Sequence record: NZ_CP024587.1
Length of the DNA stretch: 64,000 nt
Origin: a plasmid
Reading direction: 5' to 3' (one strand)
Made by a program: the position numbers and the translations under genes. This document shows positions 57,046 to 64,000 of the stretch, piece by piece. The first letter of the stretch is position 1. Every line of letters starts with the position of its first letter. The notes below the pieces were generated by a model, which made no database searches, was not told the DNA's origin, and worked only from the letters and a program-made list of their open reading frames with translations.

Positions 57046-59493
57046 TCAGCCGGTCGGGTCGGTGCGGAAAGCCGCCCGTTCCCGGTGCTTCGCCAGGAGC
57101 TCGGAGGCCCGTTCCAGGATGCCGCCCGGCATGCCCGCCCTGGCGGCCACGCGCAAGCCGTAGGACTGGCCCGCCCGCCCGGGCTTGACCTTGTAGGCGA
57201 ACATCTCCTCGTGCCGCCCGGCCGCGGCGTCCATCATCATGCAGGCCCCGTGCTCCATCGCCTCGGCGACGTCGGCGAGCTCGTGGTAGTGCGTCGCGAA
57301 CAGCGTGCGGCAGCCCACGACGTCGTGCAGGTACTCCATGCACGCCTGGGCGATGGCCAGGCCGTCGTGGGTGGAGGTGCCCCGGCCGACCTCATCGAGG
57401 ATCACCAGCGAGCGATCGGTCGCCTGGTTCATGATGGCCGCGGTTTCCAGCATCTCCACCATGAAGGTCGAACGGCCGGCGGCTAGGTCGTCGGACGCGC
57501 CGATCCGGCTGAACAGCTTATCGACGATCCCGACCCGGGCGTGGCTCGCCGGCACGAAGGAGCCGATCTGGGCCAGCAGCACGACGATCGCGACCTGCCG
57601 CAGGAAGGTGGACTTGCCTGCCATGTTGGGACCGGTCAGCAGCCACAGCCGGTTGCCGCCTCCCATCACGCAGTCGTTCTGCACGAAGGTCCGGCCCTGC
57701 CCTTCCAGCAGTCGCTCCGAGACGGGATGACGGCCGCCCTGGATGGCCAGCACGCCCTCGGTGGTCAGCTCCGGCTCGGTCCACAGGCTCTCGGCCGCTG
57801 CCTGGGCCAGCCCGCACACGAGGTCCAGCGCCGCCGCCGCATGCGCCACCCGCATCAGCGCTTCGCGGAGGCCCAGCACCGCTGAGGCGAGGGACCGGAA
57901 CACCGCCTGCTCTACCGATCGGGCCTGTTCCGTGGCTGCCTCCAGGGCGCCGGCGAGCTGATCCAGCTCCGTCGTCGAGAAGCGGGTGGTGGACGCCAGA
58001 CCCTGTCGCAGCCGGAATTCGGAACCGAGGCCCCTGGCGGCAGCGGAGGGGACTTCGACATGGTACCCGAGTACCAAATTGGATCGGATCTTTAGGGTCT
58101 TGATCCCGGTCTCCTGCGCGTAGCGGCCCTGCAGCGCCTCGATCGCTGCCTTCGTCGCCTCCACCTCCGTGCGCAACTTGTCCAGGCGCTCGTCATACAG
58201 CGGGGCGACGAAGCCCGGCTCGGTCACCGAGAGGGGCGGCGCCGCGATCAGGGCCCGTCGCAACATGGCGGCCACGCCGCGCCGCACGCCCTCGGCGGCG
58301 CCAAGCTCCCGACGGGCCGTCGCCAGGCCGGGTGGCAGATCCGAACTCTCGTCCAGGCGCGCCGTCAGCACGGCGGCACAGCCCAGACCGTCCCGCACCG
58401 CTGCAAGGTCCCGGGGGCCGCCCTTGCCGAGCGACAGGCGTCCGCAGGCCCGCAGCAGATCAGGCATGCCGGACAGGCCTTCCCGGCAGCTGCGGCGCAG
58501 GCCGACGTCCGCCACGAGGTAGCGCACCATCGCCAGCCGGCGGCCGATCACCTCAATGCTGGTCAGCGGCGCGCAGAGCTGGCGCCGCAGCAGCCGGGCG
58601 CCGGCGGCCGTCACCGTGCGATCAAGTACCGCGAGCAACGACCCTTCGGCACCGGACGCCGAGTCCAGCACTTCCAGGCCCCGCAGGGTCGGTGCATCGA
58701 TCTCCATGGTGTCGCCAGTCGCCGCCCGGCGCGGTGACGGCAGCGCCGCCGGCAACTGCCCGACGACAACCCTGACATGGTCCAGCAGGGCGGCCAGCGC
58801 GCGCAGCTCCGGCGGCGAGAAGCCACGCATCGCGGTCCGCCCGGCCGGTCCGAACGCCTCGGACAGCACGGCCTCGACCGCTTCCGGCGTCAGGGACGGA
58901 CGGCCGAGGTCGCCATGGCGAAGGCCCGCGCTGCGGATGGCGACGGCGAGCGCATCCGAATCCTCGGGCCACTGTGCCACCAGGATCTCGGAAGGGCCAA
59001 TGCGGGCCAGGGCCGGCCCGCATCCCTCGAGCGAGGCCATGCAGGTGCTGATCTCGCTGGTGGACAGGTCGATCCAGGCGAACGCCACCGCCCGACCCTC
59101 GGCCAGGGCGACGGTCAGGTTGTTGGCCCTGCCCGCAACCAGCACGTCGGCATCGACCGAGGTGGCCGGCGTCATCAGACGCAGGGGGCGCTCGCCCCCC
59201 GCCTCGACGGGCTGCTCGGAGAGAGCGACCCTGTGCCCGGCGGCCAGCAGGCGGGCGACGGCCCCGGCGGCACTGGCCGATGGCACGCCGCACATCGGCA
59301 CGTCGGGCGCATCCCTCTGCCGCCGGTGGGTCAGCTGCAGGCCGAGCGCCCGGGAGGCGATCGGGGCATCGGAGCCGAGGATCTCGTAGAACTCGCCGAC
59401 CCGGTACAGCACCAGGTAGCCCGGCGCCGCCGCGCTCGCCTGCGCGTGAGCGGCCATCATCGGGCTGGCGGGGGGCCGGGTAGGTGTGTCCAT
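57046..59493 (-). CDS. mutS: MutS-family mismatch-recognition ATPase, full length (815 aa)
   Basis: Domain I motif LYRVGEFYEIL (the GxFYE Phe-x-Glu mismatch-contact motif). C-terminal ABC ATPase TGPNMAGKSTFLRQVA ... LVILDEVGRGTSTHDG. Confidence 0.8.
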   Translation of the reverse strand: MDTPTRPPASPMMAAHAQASAAAPGYLVLYRVGEFYEILGSDAPIASRALGLQLTHRRQRDAPDVPMCGVPSASAAGAVARLLAAGHRVALSEQPVEAGGERPLRLMTPATSVDADVLVAGRANNLTVALAEGRAVAFAWIDLSTSEISTCMASLEGCGPALARIGPSEILVAQWPEDSDALAVAIRSAGLRHGDLGRPSLTPEAVEAVLSEAFGPAGRTAMRGFSPPELRALAALLDHVRVVVGQLPAALPSPRRAATGDTMEIDAPTLRGLEVLDSASGAEGSLLAVLDRTVTAAGARLLRRQLCAPLTSIEVIGRRLAMVRYLVADVGLRRSCREGLSGMPDLLRACGRLSLGKGGPRDLAAVRDGLGCAAVLTARLDESSDLPPGLATARRELGAAEGVRRGVAAMLRRALIAAPPLSVTEPGFVAPLYDERLDKLRTEVEATKAAIEALQGRYAQETGIKTLKIRSNLVLGYHVEVPSAAARGLGSEFRLRQGLASTTRFSTTELDQLAGALEAATEQARSVEQAVFRSLASAVLGLREALMRVAHAAAALDLVCGLAQAAAESLWTEPELTTEGVLAIQGGRHPVSERLLEGQGRTFVQNDCVMGGGNRLWLLTGPNMAGKSTFLRQVAIVVLLAQIGSFVPASHARVGIVDKLFSRIGASDDLAAGRSTFMVEMLETAAIMNQATDRSLVILDEVGRGTSTHDGLAIAQACMEYLHDVVGCRTLFATHYHELADVAEAMEHGACMMMDAAAGRHEEMFAYKVKPGRAGQSYGLRVAARAGMPGGILERASELLAKHRERAAFRTDPTG

Positions 59494-59949
59494 TATCGAG
59501 AGATGCCGCGTCCCCGGCCCGGTTTCCAGTTCGTCCAGGCGGTGCCGCCCGCCATGTCCCCGGCTGCGAGGTGCGGGCCCGGGTCGGCATCGGTAGCGCC
59601 GAGTTTGCCCGGACCTACGCCACCGTGCCGGTCCGGGCGGATGCGGTGCTGATCTCCCTCGGCGCCAACGATGGAGCCCGATCCGATACCCTGGAGCAAC
59701 TGGCGGCCGTCCGCGCCGCGGTGATCGCCCGCCGGGTCACCTGGGTTCTGCCAGCCCGGGGAGAGGCCGCCCGCTCCACCTCCCCCAGCCGGCGCGCCGG
59801 CAGGCCGGCGACCCCTCCGGCCGACACGCCCGCCGGGGTGGCGGCGACCGCGACCAGGAAATCGAGCGCCGTCCGCACGTCCCGTTCGGTGATGAAGTGC
59901 GGATGATCGGGGCCGCGATAGCAGATCGGGATGGCGCACGGGACGAAGG

Positions 59950-60876
59950 TCACGACGTAGCCTCCTGGGCAACGCCGGTCAGGGGCGGCCGCCGCTGTGG
60001 GCGTCGCAGGTTGGCTGGTGGCAGGGCCGGCGTGCCGGCGCGGGCATACCGACCCCAGCCGACGCGAACGACCTCGCCGGACGCCTGCAGGGCGCGGAGA
60101 TGGCCGGTGACGTTGGAGATCGAACGGCCGACATGGCCGGCGATCTCGCCCGCCTGACGCGGCTCCGACAGGAAGCTCAGGATGGCATCGCCCACCCGCC
60201 GCCCCCGCGTGCGCGAATCTCCACCGCAGGGCGCCGGCAAGGCAACCAGTCCGGCAGAACGGGTCCCGGTCGGGGCGTAGAGGCCGGGCCCCAGGTGGGC
60301 CACTTCACCGCGGCGAAGCATCGCCTGCAGCAGGTCGTTCATCCGGGCCGGGGGCAGGCCCAGGAGCCTCGCCAGATGGAAGCTGCGGATCGGCCGGGCG
60401 GGCTCGGCAAGGACCGCGCCCCGCGCCAGCATCCGGACCAGGGCCTGGCGCTGGGAGGGGGTCGGCACCCGGATCCCGGCCCGCCGCCATGATCCCTGCG
60501 GGCCACGCTCGGCGGCACCGAGGCGCATCAACGCCTCCACCTCGGCCCCGATCACGGCGGGCGGCAAGGCGGTATGGGACCATAGATGGGCCAGGGATAC
60601 CCCGCCGGTGACCGGCAAGGCCGCGGCAATGCGACGGCTGGCGGACCACTCCGGGTCCACCGGGCCATCCCGCAGCTCGGCTACGGAATCGGTCCGGATC
60701 ACGAGGTCCTGGCAGTAAGGGCGCAGATGGTCCCGGGCGGAAAGCCCGAGCAGCACCAGCGCCACCTCGGCCGGGCTCGCATCGCACTCCCGCGCGAGAG
60801 CGCCCACGCCGAGAGGGCGTGTCAGAGCCGTCCAGAGCCTCGCCGCCAGATCGCCCGCCAGCTCCTGACCGGCCAT
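59950..60876 (-). CDS. Winged-HTH DNA-binding protein (about 308 aa) translationally coupled (ATGA) to the coupling-protein gene
   Basis: Start at MAGQELAGD. wHTH-like segments GDLAARLWTALTRPLGVGALARE and ILSFLSEPRQAGEIAGHVGRSISNVTGHLRALQASGEV. Confidence 0.45.
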   Translation of the reverse strand: MAGQELAGDLAARLWTALTRPLGVGALARECDASPAEVALVLLGLSARDHLRPYCQDLVIRTDSVAELRDGPVDPEWSASRRIAAALPVTGGVSLAHLWSHTALPPAVIGAEVEALMRLGAAERGPQGSWRRAGIRVPTPSQRQALVRMLARGAVLAEPARPIRSFHLARLLGLPPARMNDLLQAMLRRGEVAHLGPGLYAPTGTRSAGLVALPAPCGGDSRTRGRRVGDAILSFLSEPRQAGEIAGHVGRSISNVTGHLRALQASGEVVRVGWGRYARAGTPALPPANLRRPQRRPPLTGVAQEATS

Positions 60877-63179
60877 CACGAAGCCAGCCGCGCGGTCAAG
60901 AGGCGTACCCGCCCGGCCAGCTCCTCCGGACCCATGGCGGGCGGCTCCGGCAGGATGACGAGCCTCGCCTGCGCGAGGGCCTGCCCAACCGCTGCCGCCG
61001 CGGCCTGGGCTTCCTCCGGGCTCTGGCCGGCCAGCACCTCGATCGCGGCCACCGCACGCTCGACCTGTGGCGAACGGCGCAGCCAAAGGGCTGAGCCGGG
61101 GCCGGCCGGAGGGAGCGGCTCAGCCGGCGTCGTCCCGCTCTCCAGCATGGCCGTGCTCGACGTCACAGGAGGCTCGGTTCCGGGATCACCGGCCGGACGT
61201 GGCACCATCACGAGGCCAGCCGCGGCGACGGCCGCCGTGGCCCTTTCCGACAGCGAGGCGGACCCTGACGCCGCGAACACCTCCACCATAGCGGCCAGCG
61301 CGGCGTCCGGCTGCTCCGGGACACCCATGGGCACCCGGCCCGTCTCGATATGCCCCAGGACGTCGATGATCCGCCTGGCCTCCTCCTGCGTCTCGTCCGT
61401 GGGCCCTGCCAGCATGACCGGCCGGTTGCGGCGGATCGGACCCTCGACCTCGATCGCCGCGTGGTACAGCTTGGCGTAGACGCGCCGGCCGCCGAGCAGG
61501 ATCACCGCCTCGCCCTCCAGCAGCTTCTGCAGGTCGGACCAGGCAACACGGTTGACCTTGCGAACCTCGGCCGATGGTCCTTCGCGGTAGTTTCCCGCCT
61601 CGCCCGCGACGAAGCTCGTCGCCTGCGTCACCTCAGTCTCGCCGGCGGTCTTCTCGATCCAGTTCCGGGTGCGCTCCGCATCCTGCTGGCGCATGGCGAT
61701 GGTCAGGTTGGCGTTGCCCAGCAGCGAGGCGGTCTTCTCGCCGAGACGGGCCCAGACGCCGCTGATCTCCTGGAAGGCCAGCCAGAAGGCGATGTTGAGG
61801 CCGCGCCCCATGGCCAGCATGCGGTCCATGCCGTTGGTCGCATAGTAGGCCAGCTCGTCGAAGACGACGTAGAACGGGCCCTCGCCCATCCCGGGCTTGA
61901 GCGAGAAGATCTCCCGGGTGTCGCCTTCGAGGCGGGCGCCCAGCAGCTGCGCGAGCATGCCGCGCAGGCTGGCCACGACGATCTTTCCCAGCGACGCCAG
62001 GGTGTCGTCGGAGTTCTCCAGCGCCGGCAGGTTGACCACGAGGATGCGCCGGTTCAGCACCACGTCGCGCATGTCGATGTCGCCATGCGTGACCTTGAAG
62101 ATGTGCCCCAGGCTGACCGACAGCTGGGTGAAGGGGCCGGTGAAGTAGAACAGCGCGAAGCCGTGCTGCTTCGACGGCTCCTCGCCCTTCTGCTTGTTGT
62201 AGGGCTGGGTGGTGTCGTAGCCCGGCAGCTCGCCGAGATAGGCGTTCAGCGGGTAGAGGATCTCCTCGGGGATATCGTTGACGAAGATCTCCCTCACCGT
62301 TCCCCTGATGCCCTCGCGGTGCAGGAAGACCTTGCGGGTCGCCAGCATGCCGATGGAGCGCAGCTCCAGCGCGAAGCGGATCGTCTCGATGTTGATCGGG
62401 ATGCCCTTCTCGTCGCGCATCCACACCAGCACCGGGGCGATGGTCCCGACCAGCGCGATCGCGCGGGTGCGGAAGACGCCGTTGCTGTCCTCGGAGCGCT
62501 GCTCGCCCAGCTGGCTGACCAGCATCTCGCGCAGCGCATCGGCATTGCCGTGGGCAAAGGGATTGAAGGTGTTGCTGTCCTTCACGCCGGAGGCCACGAG
62601 GAGGTTGAGGGCCAGGAGGTCATCCTCCCGGCCATAGTGCCGCAGCAGCGCCGCGACCTGGCCGTAGAGCTGGTTGTCGGCCTTGCCGTCGACCAGCACG
62701 AAGCCGGTTCCCTGGGCCAGCGCATTGGTCAGCAGGCTGAGGATGGCCGTGGTCTTGCCGGCGCCGGTGGTGCCGGGGATGGTGCAGTGCTGGCGCGCAT
62801 CCTCGTTGGTGATCCACAGCTCCTGTCCGGTCACCTGGTCGGTGCCGAGGTAGAGGCTGCCCGCGGCCATGCGAGGCGAGCGGTCCTTCGGGCTCGGGTA
62901 GTTCCAGTCGAGCTGGCCCGCGCTCTGTGGCAGGCGCAGCGGCAGCATGACATGCCGGCGCATGACCCAGGCCGCATAGGCGATCGAGGTGGGCACCAGC
63001 AGATCGAGGGCCGCCGGGAAGAAGAACGCCCCCGCCGCGGTCACCCCCAGCAGGAGGCCGGAAAACTGGCTGCCGAGCAGTTCGGCGAGCCGCACGGTGA
63101 GCGGCCGCACGTCGCGGTAGCCCATGCCGCCGCCACGCTCGAAGCGGCCTTGCGGACCGGAAATCTCGCGCTGGATCAT
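60876..63179 (-). CDS. traG: Type IV coupling protein (TraD/VirD4/TraG family)
   Basis: 767 aa. N-terminal TM region. Walker A TIPGTTGAGKTT. Walker B/DE region FYVVFDELAYYATNG. Confidence 0.85.
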   Translation of the reverse strand: MIQREISGPQGRFERGGGMGYRDVRPLTVRLAELLGSQFSGLLLGVTAAGAFFFPAALDLLVPTSIAYAAWVMRRHVMLPLRLPQSAGQLDWNYPSPKDRSPRMAAGSLYLGTDQVTGQELWITNEDARQHCTIPGTTGAGKTTAILSLLTNALAQGTGFVLVDGKADNQLYGQVAALLRHYGREDDLLALNLLVASGVKDSNTFNPFAHGNADALREMLVSQLGEQRSEDSNGVFRTRAIALVGTIAPVLVWMRDEKGIPINIETIRFALELRSIGMLATRKVFLHREGIRGTVREIFVNDIPEEILYPLNAYLGELPGYDTTQPYNKQKGEEPSKQHGFALFYFTGPFTQLSVSLGHIFKVTHGDIDMRDVVLNRRILVVNLPALENSDDTLASLGKIVVASLRGMLAQLLGARLEGDTREIFSLKPGMGEGPFYVVFDELAYYATNGMDRMLAMGRGLNIAFWLAFQEISGVWARLGEKTASLLGNANLTIAMRQQDAERTRNWIEKTAGETEVTQATSFVAGEAGNYREGPSAEVRKVNRVAWSDLQKLLEGEAVILLGGRRVYAKLYHAAIEVEGPIRRNRPVMLAGPTDETQEEARRIIDVLGHIETGRVPMGVPEQPDAALAAMVEVFAASGSASLSERATAAVAAAGLVMVPRPAGDPGTEPPVTSSTAMLESGTTPAEPLPPAGPGSALWLRRSPQVERAVAAIEVLAGQSPEEAQAAAAAVGQALAQARLVILPEPPAMGPEELAGRVRLLTARLAS

Positions 63180-63188
63180 GGTGGGACC

Positions 63189-63650
63189 TCAGCGTTCCAG
63201 GCCAAAGGCATTGCGGGCCGGGGCGCCGGACGGCGCCGGCCCCTGAACCTGGGTGCCGGGCGTGGAGGGCATGACGATGCGCGGGCGCTCTGCCAGTTGC
63301 TGCTGCAGTCGCGGCGGGAAGGATGGCGGCATCGCGGTCACGGCAGGTGCTGGCACCGCCCCCGGTATCGCCGCGGATCCAGCGGCGAAGGCGGCAGGGT
63401 CCATTCCCCCGGCGGTCAGGTAGCCCGCGAGGAATATGGCCGCCCCGAGACCGAGCATGGCGCCCAGCCTCAGCAACGGGCGCCGCTGACGCCGTTCCTG
63501 GCGCTCCGGCGCCTGAGCTGCCGCCATGGCCTCGCCGAGATGGATGTGCAGATGCACGACCTGCGGCCCGGCGCCGGGTTCCGCCACTCCCTCCTGGAGC
63601 CCGGGAAGGTTCACCACCAGCCCGCCCTCCGCCATTGCAAGTTTCGCCAT
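63189..63650 (-). CDS. Hypothetical membrane protein (about 153 aa) immediately upstream of the coupling protein
   Basis: Start MAKLAM. Hydrophobic LLRLGAMLGLGAAIFLAGYL. Confidence 0.35.
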   Translation of the reverse strand: MAKLAMAEGGLVVNLPGLQEGVAEPGAGPQVVHLHIHLGEAMAAAQAPERQERRQRRPLLRLGAMLGLGAAIFLAGYLTAGGMDPAAFAAGSAAIPGAVPAPAVTAMPPSFPPRLQQQLAERPRIVMPSTPGTQVQGPAPSGAPARNAFGLER

Positions 63651-64000
63651 CACCCCTGCTCCCTTCGCTTCGGCTCGGAGCGATCCTGCTGGACGGTCAT
63701 GCGAATGGCGCTCACGGCTTCCTCGACGCAGGGCTGGAACAGGGCATGCCGCGCCGTCCGCTCGGCCTGCCAATGGGAACGGGCGCCGACCGCCTCGACG
63801 CGTGGATTGGGGTGGCTGTTCTGCCCTGGCCCGTGCCCGGGAAAGCCCAGCGAATGCAGCGCATACCAGAGGTTGCGATCCACCAGCTTGAGGCCGTTGA
63901 ACTGCGCCGGCGCCAGTACGCCGGAGGCCAGTCGAGCGGCATTGAGGAGCCCCATCAATGCGGTGGTCTCGTAGCCATGGAGATTGGCGGCGATGTCAGC
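63650..64000 (-). CDS. Partial ORF open to the window edge, unknown function
   Basis: The reverse frame continues without a stop to position 64000 (…ADIAANLHGYETTALMGLLNAARLAS…). Confidence 0.3.
   Translation of the reverse strand, partial: ADIAANLHGYETTALMGLLNAARLASGVLAPAQFNGLKLVDRNLWYALHSLGFPGHGPGQNSHPNPRVEAVGARSHWQAERTARHALFQPCVEEAVSAIRMTVQQDRSEPKRREQG

Noticed and set aside
57046-59493. Interpretation of mutS as flanking chromosomal DNA marking the end of the element
   Set aside because: Transfer genes lie on both sides (relaxase to 56993, wHTH/T4CP from 59950). A single contiguous element with mutS as cargo is therefore more parsimonious, though two adjacent elements cannot be excluded from this window alone.

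Overview
Very GC-rich window (about 70% by eye) that reads as one continuous segment of an alphaproteobacterial-type integrative conjugative element or conjugative plasmid backbone.

Left to right: (1) A partial tyrosine integrase translationally coupled to a vapBC toxin-antitoxin pair, next to a mazEF-like pair. (2) An RHH protein, a RepA-like initiator, and a LexA-box-controlled imuB-dnaE2 error-prone polymerase cassette whose usual imuA is replaced by a 77-aa ORF. (3) A parA/parG-like partition locus bracketed by palindromes. (4) A long block of co-oriented plus-strand genes that looks like a conjugative leading/establishment region: DUF3991-Toprim, UvrD helicase, a GHKL ATPase, DUF4326, ArdC, a PAPS-reductase-like protein, a P1 DarB-like N6-MTase-SF2 helicase fusion, an orphan BrnA antitoxin, a ParB/Srx-like protein, a C5 cytosine MTase with a repeat-built recognition domain, SSB, and many small unknowns. 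An IS5/IS1182-like insertion disrupts one gene. (5) A DNA-transfer module: VirB1-like lytic transglycosylase, TraL-like P-loop ATPase, an oriT-like repeat region, a MOBF relaxase-helicase, a wHTH protein and a TraD/VirD4 coupling protein, with a full-length MutS homolog embedded between relaxase and coupling protein.

The most striking unexplained signal is a family of at least nine conserved hairpin-forming intergenic elements (core GCAAGGG ... CCCTTGC) sitting at a stereotyped distance upstream of plus-strand operons across about 27 kb. I interpret them as either single-strand (Frpo-like) promoters for early post-transfer expression or the operator set of an element-wide regulon. A second, separate regulatory cassette (GGAAAGC tandem repeats plus a conserved ~170-bp leader) is duplicated upstream of the MTase-helicase and ParB-like genes and echoed at parA.

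Everything is inferred from sequence reading only. No searches were run.
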